Notes: a model not told the origin generated them from the sequence alone. A stretch of 63,127 nucleotides of DNA, filler included, from Octopus bimaculoides (GCF_001194135.2; 9 parts of 9 records of this genome joined end to end with filler, not necessarily neighbours in it), one strand, 5' to 3'; shown: positions 1-13,504, counted from the first letter of the whole stretch. Numbers and translations: made by a program.

Positions 1-152
1 ATATATATATATATATGTGCATACATATACGTATACACCCCCGACAAATACATTCATACTATATGTATGGCGCAAATGGTCCGGGTTCAGTCCCTCTGCA
101 TGGCACAATTTACGTATATATATATATCTGTGTGTGTGTGTGTGTGTGTGTA

Positions 153-300
153 TCTATTAAATAAATTGATACAACAAATCCAAGGCTGTGTTGTATTTTC
201 AGAACATTTATAAAGCGAAAGTTAGTCTTACACCTGTTTCTGGGATTTTAGGGATATCCCTTCATCAGAGACGATGTGAGATGGTAAATTGAGGAAATTG
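153..300 (-). mobile_element. Penelope-like pseudo-LTR / 3' end fragment
   Basis: Minus strand reads CTGATGAAGGGATATCCCTAAAATCCCAGAAACAGGTGTAAGAC followed by an AT-rich tail; CTGATGA...GAAAC is the motif typical of PLE termini. Confidence 0.6.
225..272 (-). ncRNA. Minimal type-I hammerhead-ribozyme-like motif
   Basis: Stem I GTCT/AGAC, core CTGATGA, stem II GGGAT/ATCCC, GAAAC-AGGT-GTA (2-bp stem III, GUA site). The stem II base next to the core is non-canonical. Confidence 0.5.
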
Positions 301-879
301 TAGAGTTCAATATAAGGAGTTATCTTGGAAAAGGATCGAAATAGTAAGTATAAAGGGAAATAAGGGAATAAAAGTAAACATATATGTACGATGTTTTAGC
401 TGCAGTTCTATTATCCAAGGAAATTGGTGTGTAGAAGTGATAGAAATGCTTACTTGATCATGGTATGTAAATACCGATAGGAGTTCATATTCTGTCATTA
501 CAAATAGAAAGTGTAGAAACGTAGATTCCATGTGCTGTTCATTGAAAGGGGTCTTGTGATGTGAATGAAATTTTGTGAACATAGTAGTAGTATCAAGTAG
601 ATAGAGAGGAGAGAAAATATGCATATTTTAAAATGAGGAGATTGGTCAAAAGGAATAGGTGAGAAAAGAAGAAAGAAAGAAGAAGAGATAAGAGTGTAAG
701 GAATGAATATTTGTGAGGAGTGGGAGGTGGGTGTGATATGTTTGAAGGCACTAAGTTGGAGCGATGGGTACAGAAAACGGTACGGGTGTTACTAAAGGGA
801 GCAGTAAACTTCAAAATGGAAGGGTTAGGGTTAGGGAAAAATATATGTATATATGTATGATATATAATGTATGTATATC

Positions 880-1135
880 CGACACATGTGGGCACACATT
901 TGAGTTAATCGTTGAAAATTTGCTATATACAGGAAGGAATATAAAAAGTAGCCAAAGATTATCCATGGATATGTGCTTTAATTTTGTTGGTGAGTGTGTG
1001 TTGTTTGTAGCAGTCATATCCTATAAGATAATTAAGCTGTTATCTTATATATATCCCAGTTGTGATTTAGAAGATCATGCATATCATGATCTTTTGATTG
1101 TGAAGTTGGGCGAGTTTCGGATGACATATTTTTAA
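880..1135 (-). pseudogene. Possible highly degraded PLE coding remnant
   Basis: Minus-strand YVIRNSPNF resembles the RxxPNL motif before PLE GIY-YIG domains; many stops; lies upstream of the pLTR-like piece at 153-300. Confidence 0.25.
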
Positions 1136-2716
1136 CGTGTGGTAGTCATTGGGGGAATGAGAGACATTTTATTTTTAAAAAGTAGTAACACTGAATGCCT
1201 GTGTTGAATTATTCATGCATGAAAAAGGTTTGGTTCAACAGTTTTGAGCTCATTAGCGTACAATGAAATGGGGGATGCTGCGAAAGAATAGCTTGTCATG
1301 GTTGGTATATCCACTATTTGGAATTAGGGGTTGCGACAAAGATAACAAGCTCCTGGAAAGCAATGTGAGTCTACTGTGAAAATATCACGCTCGATATTGT
1401 TTTCAAGATTACGAAATTACTACTATGAGGCCACAGGACACAGGACAATATATCTCTGATCTATTTTGCTTAACCGTTAAGAAAAGACAGAATCTCTCGT
1501 CGATCGAAGAAATTGTTCTATATGATTGACTCCAGCATGTTTGAAATATTTCAAACGAGGGCGATTGATGAACAAATTAACAAATATTGCTGGTCATAAG
1601 AGCGGGGTGCACAAGTAACTGCTTACATTTTGATATATTTTGCTTGAAATGCAACATATGCACATTCACATGTTTAATGTCTCGGGAAATCTAGAATACT
1701 TTGCAGGTGAAAGTGTGTATCACATATATTTGTGCGCCGTTTTCCATTGCATTTAGTCTAAGAGTAGCATCCTGAAAATATTTGCAGTAAGAGGCAAATA
1801 TTTCACCATCTTCATATAATCATCAATAATTTTGATCAAACATCTTACACCTTAAAACGCGTGTTAGAAGAAAAAAAATGTCGATTTATCTATTTACCGG
1901 AAATAAATAATTTTTTGAAAACATTTTTAATAGCAAAATTGTTTTTCATATTTACCTTCAAATTTGATATTTTTCTTGAGAAAACTCTTATCTCCTACAC
2001 ATGGTTTGCCAATTTCTTTCATTAAATATCTTCAATAAGTTAAATCTATTGCAAATATTTTCAGATAGAATTGCTAAAACATAAATATATTATATTTTTG
2101 TTTTTGAAATTATATATTTATCAATAGTAATGCATCATTTCCTCATCATTTTAGATCTTTTTTAAACATTCCACCATTAAAAGCCATTTCACATATTCGT
2201 AAGGTTTGTCGCATTGAAATGCCACAAAAATTCGAATATGGTATTATAATATATACTGTATGTTTATCGCTTAACATAAAAGTCGGGCAGAGCCCATAGA
2301 CATTTCAGAGAACGAAGGAGGATGGTAGCCTCAAATTAGAAACAAAGCCGGAATGCATGCAACAGAGGGGAGTCCATGAAAGACACTTGGTGAGGGCCAT
2401 ATGATATTGCTGAACTGGGTGCCAGGTTAATTCTACCCTTCAAGGAAATCCCGGTGATATTAGAAACTAAGAATACAAATACCCGAAGCAGACACCCGAA
2501 GACAAATTAACGATCCGCCTGTCCACCAACCTTGACGGCTCTGTAAAAGTTGCGCAGGTGCAACAGTTTTTCTTCTAATTCCTTTAAAATGCAGTAGGAC
2601 TGAGCGGCCATTGACGGAAGGAATTAATCAGAAATGATCACAAATACAAATAATTATAATTTTCCATAGCTTCTGAGAATAGAATAAATACCTTTAGCCG
2701 GTTAATAAAACAAGGT

Positions 2717-3586
2717 TACTAGGTGCATTCAAGAAGGTTTGAGACTTTTTTTTAGGAGAGATATTTATATCTGTCCTAGAATATTGTAATTTAAGTATAT
2801 AATTACTATACCTCTAATAAACTGAATTGCCAACTTTTGTTGTTCCAGATTGAAGGAGACATCCGTAACAATATTTTGAAGTCACCCTGCTAAACACAGC
2901 TTGTCACAGCTGACTAGTTTGCAGAATACAGTGGGGATGTTTGGAATTTCGATATACAATACACCATTGTGCTAAACTATGCAAAAGTGCTTCACAAACT
3001 TAAGAAATGCTCCATTATCTTTTACGTGAGCAGAAGAGTTTCAAGGATGGAGAGCGGAGGAGAAATCCAATGAGTTTTTTGAGAGGGAGAGGGATATTTG
3101 AACCGCAGAGCTGCTTGAGAAAATTCGTAATTTTCTGGTTGAAGACAGTTGTGTGTTTTTAAAGAAGTCAGCATAATGTTTGAAGTTGGTGAGGAAGCTG
3201 TACGCAGAATTATTCATGAATATTTGAACTTCCACAAAATTTGTGCAAAGTTCATTTCCAAGATTCTTAATGGCAACCATCCTGGTAATCAGCCAATCGA
3301 CAGAGATGGCCATCAAAATTGTCCCTACTGTCCAGACCTTGCTTCCCGTGACCTTTATCTGTTTCCCAAGTTGAGCGAGAAATTCAGGGCAAGTCACTTC
3401 GAAGATGAAGGAGTCTGTGACATGTTCACTTAGGAGGGCTTTCGTGGAGGGTCCACGAAGTGGCTGAAGCGTAACAGAAAGTACATTAGGGGACCCACTT
3501 TGAAGAAGATTAGAGTTTTATACTGCATTGAAAGTAATAGATATCTCTCCTGTAATGGTCTTAAAACTTCTGGAATGCCCCTTGCA
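2717..3586 (+). mobile_element. Internally deleted mariner transposon
   Basis: Imperfect 29-bp TIRs (about 23/29 matches; 2717-2745 vs 3558-3586). Remnants IIHEYLNFHKICAKFISKIL (WVP(K/H)EL-type region) joined to PYCPDLASRDLYLFPKL (YSPDLAP motif); catalytic core deleted. Confidence 0.85.
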
Positions 3587-4704
3587 CGTGTCATTGTTAT
3601 TTAGCTCAACACATAGTAAAAAAAAAACATTGTTCAGGTATTATACTGCTGTCTATTTTATGATGAACAATGACAACGATCTCTAGTATCCGAGGCATGA
3701 CTTTTGAAGATGAAAAAATGTTTTATAAGATTTAGGCGTTACTGCTAGCTTCTTTAACGATCACGTAAAGGTCTCATTTTTCTCTTTTTTTCCCTCTTTT
3801 TTGTCCATATCAGAAGATATATTTTCTCAAATGGTAATACTAACTTCAGAAAGGAAAGTTATAAAACGATGATAATGGATTCAACAACTGGAAACAGTAT
3901 ATAAGAACTATGGCTGAGAACGATATGTATATACATTTGAATTCCAGTCAACTAGGTAGAGCCATCACATCATTGCCCAGCTTGCTAGAGTTGAGCCAAA
4001 TATCCTTCCAATTTGCACATATCATCTTAAATAAGGATCAATATACCGTTTCAAGCAACGCTACTTATAAAATAAAAAAAGAGCTAGAAAAGAAGTTTGA
4101 TTGTTCAGGATGTGAATCCTAATTGAAGGATGTAATTTCGATAAGGATAACTACATCTTTAGATGCGGATGTGCTTAGGATACAACGAATGATATATCAA
4201 TAAACTACACAGATTCCAAAATTCACACAAATTCCGCCTGGCAATGTATACAAAATATTCACAAAATTAACAACCCAGCAGAAACAATAACAATAGAGAT
4301 GAAAGAACAGTAGAATATCAGCAATGAAATATTGTTATTATCTCCCTTCCTGGTACGTTAGCTCCGCTCAGAATATATCTCAAATGTCGGAAGATTTCCT
4401 ACAAAATTCAATGCATGCAAACATGACATCAAATGTTAAAATGTCAGAATATAACATTAACAAATTTATGAAATGAAAATATTTCAATATCACACTTGAT
4501 ACAATGACATATTAAATGATGATACTGTAAGGTTAGACAGTCAATATCAAAATAATGGCTACCTTCTACAATACATAAAATCCTGTATCCAGCACAAGTA
4601 TACCATATTATATGACTATGCGAAACACATAAGAAAATTCACCTCCAAACCTCTAGAACGCAACTAAACTGCATGAAAAAGTCGGTCTTGCCCATCAACC
4701 TCGA

Positions 4705-4748
<44 letters not shown>

Positions 4749-5416
4749 NNNNNNNNNNNNNNNNNNNNNNNNNNNNNNNNNNNNNNNNNNNNNNNNNNNN
4801 NNNNNNNNNNNNNNNNNNNNNNNNNNNNNNNNNNNNNNNNNNNNNNNNNNNNNNNNNNNNNNNNNNNNNNNNNNNNNNNNNNNNNNNNNNNNNNNNNNNN
4901 NNNNNNNNNNNNNNNNNNNNNNNNNNNNNNNNNNNNNNNNNNNNNNNNNNNNNNNNNNNNNNNNNNNNNNNNNNNNNNNNNNNNNNNNNNNNNNNNNNNN
5001 NNNNNNNNNNNNNNNNNNNNNNNNNNNNNNNNNNNNNNNNNNNNNNNNNNNNNNNNNNNNNNNNNNNNNNNNNNNNNNNNNNNNNNNNNNNNNNNNNNNN
5101 NNNNNNNNNNNNNNNNNNNNNNNNNNNNNNNNNNNNNNNNNNNNNNNNNNNNNNNNNNNNNNNNNNNNNNNNNNNNNNNNNNNNNNNNNNNNNNNNNNNN
5201 NNNNNNNNNNNNNNNNNNNNNNNNNNNNNNNNNNNNNNNNNNNNNNNNNNNNNNNNNNNNNNNNNNNNNNNNNNNNNNNNNNNNNNNNNNNNNNNNNNNN
5301 NNNNNNNNNNNNNNNNNNNNNNNNNNNNNNNNNNNNNNNNNNNNNNNNNNNNNNNNNNNNNNNNNNNNNNNNNNNNNNNNNNNNNNNNNNNNNNNNNNNN
5401 NNNNNNNNNNNNNNNN

Positions 5417-5452
<36 letters not shown>

Positions 5453-6759
5453 ATGTGTATGCGTGTGTGTATGCGTGCGTGTGTTTTTGCTTGTGCGTGT
5501 GTGTGTGTGTTGCTTTCTAGAGAAAGCTGTAATGTACATAACCTCACTAATTTACAGAAATTCATCAACAATACTCGGCTCAGATGGATAATAATTCCCA
5601 TGCACTTATCATGTCCACCTGTCTGCCTCTTGACACCCTTAGAACATATTCTACCACCAAAAGAAAAACACAGATGGAGAGAAAGAAGAGATATACAAGA
5701 TCAGTAGCTCGAAACCACTTTTAGCTCGTGACAATGTTCGAATCTTCACTTTTTCTTGCGGCCCCTAGTCATTATTACTGAAAAAATTTCAGTTTTTGTA
5801 TAATTAATGGATAAAGGTAGCAGTAGGTCACTTTTGAGAAATATTAAAAACCTTTCATAAAAACAATAATTTGTAAAATTTATCAAATAATAACGTAATT
5901 TTAAATATTAATTGCTTTAAATTAGTTTCTGTATTTTGAAATTTATTTTTTCTTTTATTTCTATGAATATTTAAAAATTGATAATTTGAAATAAAAAGAA
6001 TTTTTGAGCAAAATTTATGATAATAAATAAACACTTAAAATTTTTTCAAAGGTGACCTGTTTTCTATCAGTAACGTAATAATCTCCATAAAAATATCAAT
6101 GTCTATTAATTGCACATTTATTCACTATTATTCTATTCCACAAAACAAAAATATTTTGTTGTTTCGATAAAACTCCCATTATAATTATACATTACCTCTC
6201 TTATATAACACGGATAAAAAAATTCTCTTGACACCCAGAAAATTAATATATTCTGAAAAAAAAAGTTATTTTTGAGTACAAAAATAAAATCCTTTAGTAA
6301 AATAAAGAGCTATCGTAATATCTTTTTACTTGAGTTATTAGTGGAATCCCTTGACTGATGCAGTTTTGTTGGTTTTTCAATATCAGGTTCCACAGTTCTT
6401 AATTACAAACGATCGCTTCTACTTACAATTTCCAATCAATTGCAAGTTTTCCATTGTAATAAATAAGTCGGCTAAAATCTGACTGAACAAGAAATGAGGA
6501 AGGTAATGAATTATAATTTGGCCTCCCGCGAAAGCAATGGATATTCCATTGCAATTTCACTTCTTGTCCGTAAGTTATTGAGCCCAATATTATGCTTAGC
6601 TTGAGTAGTTTGATTACTCAGCAACTGAATAATAGCGGTATTTGCCATCCCATATATGTATGTCACCCAAATTTAAATGCTCCATTCCAGACAATCTTTA
6701 AACTTAATACATTATACAATTTCTTCGAGTGTTCAATTTACAATTAAACAGCATCACCT

Positions 6760-6890
6760 TTGAGTAAAACCACCAATAGAAGAGAATATGGCCCAAAACT
6801 GCGTGTACTCCATTCCATGCAACTGTGGTAGGATATACAAAGGCGAAACATGTCGCCCCCTCAAAATAAGGGTAGATGAACATCGCAATG
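6760..6890 (+). pseudogene. Penelope-like GIY-YIG endonuclease fragment
   Basis: NCVYSIPCNCGRIYKGETCRPLKIRVDEHR matches the VY..IPC.CG..Y.GET.R.L..R..EH pattern of PLE endonucleases. Confidence 0.8.
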
Positions 6891-7733
6891 CTATGTCATG
6901 TTTCCATAACTTCAAGTCAGAGTGTGAAGTATGCCCTTACGTTAAACTGAAGCGTGGTATAACTGGCAGAACAGATTTATGTTGGTGCCAGGTCATTGCC
7001 CTACTATCTGCGTGACATAGCCAGAGGAATACTCAATTACATCGAACCAGGGCTATACAAAAGCTGCAACAACTTCTTAATAGCTACTACCAAATATCCA
7101 TTAAATCACTCACAAGTCCTCAACATTGATAAGAAATATACGCTATATAACAAGATTGGCCTTCGCTGAAACTCAAAAGTAAATTGTATTACTTTTTATC
7201 TTTTTCTCGAAATCGAACAAATGAGAATGGTCGACACCATAGATTATTCGAACTCAGAGCAATGATAAACTAAGTAATTTTGAACATCGACAGGTTAATA
7301 CCATTACAAAAGACGAAGAAAAGTATTTGAATTTGAAGGAATGAAGCAGAAAACATTCATCTCGTAAACCGATTACATACAATGGATCTCTCCACTTTAA
7401 AATTCTTTTGCACTTGGAACGAAAAATGCAAACGCTAGGGAATTGGTAATGTTGGAGCTTTACCGTATACGAAAATCTGCGGTATGAGTTTGAGTGCATA
7501 ACTGTAGGAAGTCCCCGGGAGAATGTTATATCAAAATCAAATGATTTACTATCTAAAGTATTAACGTAGAATAATAAGATTCCAACAACGCGTGATATTT
7601 TATTTCCTGCAATTTATATAGGCACATATTTATTATGTATGCGAGGATGATGCATGCATACATATATTGGCTTATAGGAATGTGGGTATGTGTGTATGTG
7701 TGTTTCTATGTAAGTGTGAATATATATATATAT

Positions 7734-7764
<31 letters not shown>

Positions 7765-7985
7765 AAAAAAGGGTAAAGGGTAAAGAACCCCTTCAGTCAT
7801 AGATGGCAATGGGACTGCACCNNNNNNNNNNNNNNNNNNNNNNNNNNNNNNNNNNNNNNNNNNNNNNNNNNNNNNNNNNNNNNNNNNNNNNNNNNNNNNN
7901 NNNNNNNNNNNNNNNNNNNNNNNNNNNNNNNNNNNNNNNNNNNNNNNNNNNNNNNNNNNNNNNNNNNNNNNNNNNNNNNNNNNNN

Positions 7986-8022
<37 letters not shown>

Positions 8023-8236
8023 TATACATATATACACATATATATATATATATACATAGATATATATGTGTGTGTGTGTATGTGTATGTGTGTGTGTATG
8101 TGTATGTGTGTGTGTATGTACATATATGAGTACTCATATGCATGGTATATATGCATGTGAGCGGGAGTTAGTGCGTGAGCGTGTGTGTGTGTACAGATGT
8201 GCATGCTATATATAAATAATAGAATGTGTTTATAAA

Positions 8237-8458
8237 TAGGAGGAGCGCTGAAAAGTTCCTGGCTTTGGGGAAAAGAAAATACAAAAGGATCAGTTGATTA
8301 TGATTTTATTCAACACATTCCCCTCTCGAAATCACGCACTTATTGCAGCGGTCCTTCAAGTTTTTTCTAAACCCAGCAAAAGAACTCGGAAGGATAGGTT
8401 TCCAGCCAGGCCTTTCACGATACTCTTAATGCTAGGATGTTTCCATCGTTCCCTCGTA
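8237..8458. mobile_element. Non-autonomous mariner-type MITE
   Basis: Starts TAGGAGGAGCGCTGAAAAGTTCCTGG and ends ...CCCTCGTA; mariner-like TA-CGAGGG termini, right end degenerate. Confidence 0.6.
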
Positions 8459-8652
8459 TATATGTGATATATAAATGTGTTTAAGTGCACGTGAAAAAAA
8501 AAATCTCAATACACTACTAAACCTCGCATAATCATGTAATGTTACATCAGACGAGATCCCCGAACTGAAAAGTTTCGTTCAGTTAACGGTAATCATCCAT
8601 AAACAGCGATGCGTCTAAAATCATAAGCACAACTGCAAACACACACACACAC

Positions 8653-8683
<31 letters not shown>

Positions 8684-9294
8684 NNNNNNNNNNNNNNNNN
8701 NNNNNNNNNNNNNNNNNNNNNNNNNNNTTAATTAATTAANNNNNNNNNNNNNNNNNNNNNNNNNNNNNNNNNNNNNNNNNNNNCCAGAAGGAAATTTCTA
8801 GTATCAATAGCAGTAACAATCAATAAATAAATAAATAAATAAATAAATAAAAAAAATTAAAATATCACAAAGAAAATTCTACTTTTAGATTAATAGGAAA
8901 TAAAGAAAAGGACAACAAACTTTCACAAACTTCACTAATTGGATATCCAATGTTGATTAAGCAATTAGCGACCATATGCATGCTGTGCAGAATTATTGTA
9001 TAGTAATCGAGTAAATTTCCTCGGTAAATGAACGTTAAAATGTTATTTTAATTACCATACAAAGCAGATATGACAAGCTACTGACAAACAACGAAAACGA
9101 CGTTGAAAGTGATTTGTCATTAGCACTAGTGCCATGAGGAAAATATGAGACGCTCCGCTGAAATGTCTCAAATTGGCAGTGAAATTTCCCTCAAATCGTC
9201 TCCTACCATTTAAAACAAATAGGAAGGACACAGGGAGTAACACAGTCCTGGGTTCACTATACATTAAAAAAATGTTGGATGATCACGGAGAAAA

Positions 9295-9552
9295 CGCTTT
9301 TGATTAAATGTCGGACGCATTAAGGACGGAACCGCTACGTGTTACCTCGACCTATTAGAAATAACAGGAAAATCACCATTGAATTATAACCTGCTTTCTT
9401 TAAAAAAAAAAAACGAAAAACACACTGGATAATGTAGTGTAGGAGAGGAGTCACTATTTCAGGGTGGAAAAAAGACGGGATGTTCATTGTTGGAATAATG
9501 TTAGATCTACTCGATCAGGAGGGCTGAACCGAGGTAAAACAGTAACAACAAC
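9295..9552 (+). mobile_element. Degenerate SINE-like repeat with CAA-type tail
   Basis: Ends ...GGGCTGAACCGAGGTAAAACAGTAACAACAAC, similar to the tail at 55960-55995. Confidence 0.35.
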
Positions 9553-9679
9553 TGCATCAATAAACGAAGCGTTACTTTCAAAATATGGGGAGGAATATTG
9601 AAAGTTATTGACTTACACAACTACATAACAATTACTGAAGAATTTCATAGCAATTCTTGTCTGGCCACACTGAATGATT

Positions 9680-10330
9680 GATTTCCAGTTAAAGTCTGAT
9701 AGATACATGTCTACTTAGTATTTCAACTATAGTCTAATGGATACAAAACTAGTTGATATACCAGTAATAATGTAATAGGTAAATGTCGAAGCGATACTCC
9801 GATTATTGTCATATAGAAACATGTCTAGTTGATATTCCAGTCATAAGCTGCTAGATATATATTTAGTTGACGCTCCAATTATAGTCTGATAGATACGTTC
9901 AGTTGGTGTTACCATTATAGTCAAATACATATCTAACTAGTTTATATTCCAATTTTGGACTGCTAGGTACTTCTTTAGCTGGTACTCCAATTATAGTCGG
10001 AAAAGTACGTTGTTTAGTTGACGTCCCATTTATAGTGGAAAACATAACTAGTTCAATTTCCAGTTATAGACTGCTAGATTCATTTTTATTGGGTGTTATT
10101 GTTTGATACATATCTAAACCAGGACTCCGCAACCGGTTTGCCGCGGTACATTAGTGTGCCACGAGAGGTTGCCAGGTGTGCCGCAGTGTAAGCTTTTATA
10201 ATTTTAGTTCAGATGTGCCGCTGAATTTTGAAAAGAATATGTGTACCACAAATGAAAAAAGGTTGCGGAGCACTGATGAAAACATGTGTAGTTGATAGTC
10301 TAGTTACAGACTAATAAATACATTGCTAGC
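9680..10330. repeat. Degenerate minisatellite, unit about 38-39 bp
   Basis: Recurrent CTAGTTGATATTCCAATTATAGTCTGATAGATACATGT-like units on both sides of the MITE at 10120. Confidence 0.7.
10120..10275. mobile_element. hAT (Charlie/Buster-like) MITE
   Basis: 15-bp TIRs CAGGACTCCGCAACC / GGTTGCGGAGCACTG (13/15); 8-bp flanks ATCTAAAC / ATGAAAAC (6/8). Confidence 0.8.
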
Positions 10331-11231
10331 AGTTGACCCATTCATAAAGGTATTAGTGATATACGCCTCGTAGATGTATAAACTTTTTATTTGCAAAATC
10401 ATTAATCAATAACCATCTTTATATACACACGTATTTATAAGCGTGCATGCACACACACTCGTGCATGCGCGCACAAACTTGCATATACATTTATACATCG
10501 TATAATATAATCTTGTGTATGCTGACTGGAAATAAGCTGGGATTGTCATGCCTAATCAGTCTCTTTGATCATAGTTAGCCCTGGAGCTAAGTACATCTTC
10601 CTTCATACACGCATTAACACATACACACACTTATACATATTCACATATAGATAGATGATGGATGGAAAGAAAAATAGATAAGCAGTAAGAGAGATAAATA
10701 GACAACTAGAAAGACAGTTTGATTGACCTTCAATACGGAGCATTCCCATTCATCAACCGCCTAACGAAGATCTCATTGATTTCAACATCTTTCGGACATT
10801 ACTGCACCTTGCTGTGCCTTTTCCTCTCCGCAATCCATGAATCGAGCACACAAAGGCGGATGCATCTGCAACCACTCTAGTATTGCAGCAATTTTTTGTT
10901 TTACTGATCGCTGAATTTTCTTTTGATTATTAGCCTTTGTTAATTATAAAATGAAGCAATTTTTACTTCCGTCTCCTGTTCAGCTGTTCCTCCAAAGTCT
11001 GATGCCAGAGAAGTAGAACATGCTGAAACTAACTAAAACACACGCCGTCGAACCACAACGGAAAACGATGTATTCTAATACTCACTCACTCACATGCATT
11101 ACATGATTCCTTAACTCTTTCAAGCTAAGCCCTCTTGCTTTCACGTGTCCACTCCGCATAGCATTCCAGACACACATACTCACTCACACATACATAACCG
11201 ACAAGCACAGAGTGGTATGTGCGCGCGCATA

Positions 11232-11722
11232 GAGGCCAAAGAAATAAGAACCTACAGTATAGTAGAAACCATAGCCACTCATAATAAAATGGAGTACTGG
11301 TGGAATATCCCAGTCAAGACCTCGATATAATGTAAACATAATAGACCTGGCATAGTAGACCTGGCATACAAGATACGTGCAATCATAACAGACCTGATAT
11401 TGTTCTGTGGGACAGGGAACAAAATCATCCACCGTTGTAGACGTCAGCTGCCCAGTAGATGTGAATATACAATCAAAAATCCAGAAAAAAAAAGAAAATT
11501 TATGGCGAATTAATGCGGAACTTACAGCTCTTGTACTCTGACTATAAATTCTCACGTGTAACTATCATCATAGGAGCTTTAGGTTATGTACCAACAAATT
11601 TGCGCAAAAACCTAGAAATACCAGGTTTCACGAGGAAAGAGCAAAATAATCTCACGTGGATTCTCCAATCTGTTAGTAGCACAGTGAAGGTTTGTAAGAC
11701 AGTCCAAAATTTCTCCATGTGA
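11232..11722 (+). pseudogene. R4/Dong-like non-LTR retrotransposon, restriction-like endonuclease C-terminus (copy 1)
   Basis: YWWNIPVKTSI, HNRPDIVLWD, VDVSCPVD, LQLLYSDYKF, IIIGALG motifs with stops and frameshifts. Confidence 0.8.
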
Positions 11723-13232
11723 GATTCTTATGGGAATGGATGCACACATTTGAGTGTATGCACCAATAGTTCAACCAACACGTTAACTCAACCACATATT
11801 TACGAACACATATTTGGGAAATCTCTTAACTCAAAACATTTCGTCGTTTTGTTAGCAACCGGCTTGAACTCTCTCAAGAAAAGCTTAAATTAAACTCAAA
11901 GAAAGATCATACATGAATACATGCATTCATGCGCGCACACGTATGCACGCACGCACGCACGCACACACATACATACATACATACATACATACACACATAC
12001 ATACATACATACATCAGCTCNNNNNNNNNNNNNNNNNNNNNNNNNNNNNNNNNNNNNNNNNNNNNNNNNNNNNNNNNNNNNNNNNNNNNNNNNNNNNNNN
12101 NNNNNNNNNNNNNNNNNNNNNNNNNNNNNNNNNNNNNNNNNNNNNNNNNNNNNNNNNNNNNNNNNNNNNNNNNNNNNNNNNNNNNNNNNNNNNNNNNNAT
12201 ACATGAATACATGCATTCATGCGCGCACACGTATGCACGCACGCACGCACACACATACATACATACATACATACATACACACATACATACATACATACAT
12301 CAGCTCTTTGAGCAGCATTCCTTGCCTGATAATCTCAAATACATGCCCAAAGAAGTCGCGCTTACTCTACTGCAACATATCATCGGAAGAAAGGATGAAA
12401 GTATATCAGCAGAAGACTATAAAGTAGAAAGCTCCGCGATGATAGCAACGTTGATCACCAAAGCAGTCAATCTTGGACCAGCAACCGGATTACTAACTCC
12501 CACTTTGAAGGGTATGCATTTGCAAACCAGGAACACGAAATGTTGATGCACAAAAGGGACAGAGATGTAGGAAAAGCAGCAAATTGTGATAACCAATGTA
12601 GACTTTGTGGAGTTAACACCAAAGATTTCACCCACATCATAAGCAGTTGTCCGAAAATTTTTTCACAGCATTATCTACCGATGAGACATTATATTGTAGC
12701 TAGCATACTGTATAATCAGATCCATCGAAAAGATAAACCCGAGGCCAAAGAAATAAGAACCTACAGTATAGTAGAAACCATAGCCACTCATAATAAAATG
12801 GAGTACTGGTGGAATATCCCAGTCAAGACCTCGATATAATGTAAACATAATAGACCTGGCATAGTAATTTGGGATGGAGATGAGAAACTGTGTACAGTTG
12901 TGGAAGTCAACTGCCCAGCGGATGTTAACATAAAACTAAGTATCAGCAGAAAAGAAAATACCTATGCTGAACTATTGAGTAACCTACAGCTACTCTACCC
13001 AGATTACAAGTTCAGGTTTATACCTGTAATTATTGGGGCTCTGGGATATGTAACACACTGTCTAAATACCACTCTTGAGAAATTAGGCTTCTCAAAACCA
13101 GGACGGAGAAAGCTAATTTGAAGACTACAGATCCAAGCCATTACAAGAATTTTAAAAATCTGTTAAACTTTCCATAACATTATTTACATTATTTACATTT
13201 GACAGATATTTCTCCTCATCTTGTTTGTTGTT

Positions 13233-13278
13233 AACACAACGTTTCGGCTGATATACCCTCCAGCCTTCATCAGGCGTC
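13233..13278 (-). ncRNA. Minimal hammerhead-like motif (left arm)
   Basis: GACGC-CTGATGA-A-GGCTG-(10 nt)-CAGCC-GAAAC-GTT-GTGTT: stem I 5 bp with two G-U pairs, stem II 5 bp, ACGT palindrome in place of stem III. Confidence 0.6.
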
Positions 13279-13443
13279 TTGGGGAAATTTCGATCCTGGG
13301 TTCTCATTCGTAAGGTTTTTTCGATGTTGTTGTTATTATTATTCAGATCACTGCCTGGAATCGAACTCGGAATCTTGAGGTAAGAGCGCGGGCTACTAAC
13401 CTCAAGATTCCGAGTTCGATTCCAGGCAGTGACCTGGATAATC

Positions 13444-13504
<61 letters not shown>

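Noticed and set aside
2295-2395. Plus-strand exon ending TTG/GTGAGG
   Set aside because: Stops in all three frames between acceptor and donor.
3880-3960. GFNNWK as a hAT TTF zinc-finger remnant
   Set aside because: Too short, with no other hAT motifs nearby.
4639-5707. ORFs rich in YI, HT, CV or X residues here and throughout
   Set aside because: Translations of dinucleotide/tetranucleotide microsatellites and N runs.
8728-8739. TTAATTAATTAA as a biological motif
   Set aside because: Always centred in exactly 44 N on each side; artificial.
11908-12310. Direct duplication across the gap (also 32090-32170 vs 32461-32540, 16435-16644 vs 17052-17260, 19000-19299 vs 19619-19918)
   Set aside because: Near-identical sequence on both sides of an N gap is typical of unmerged contig overlap.
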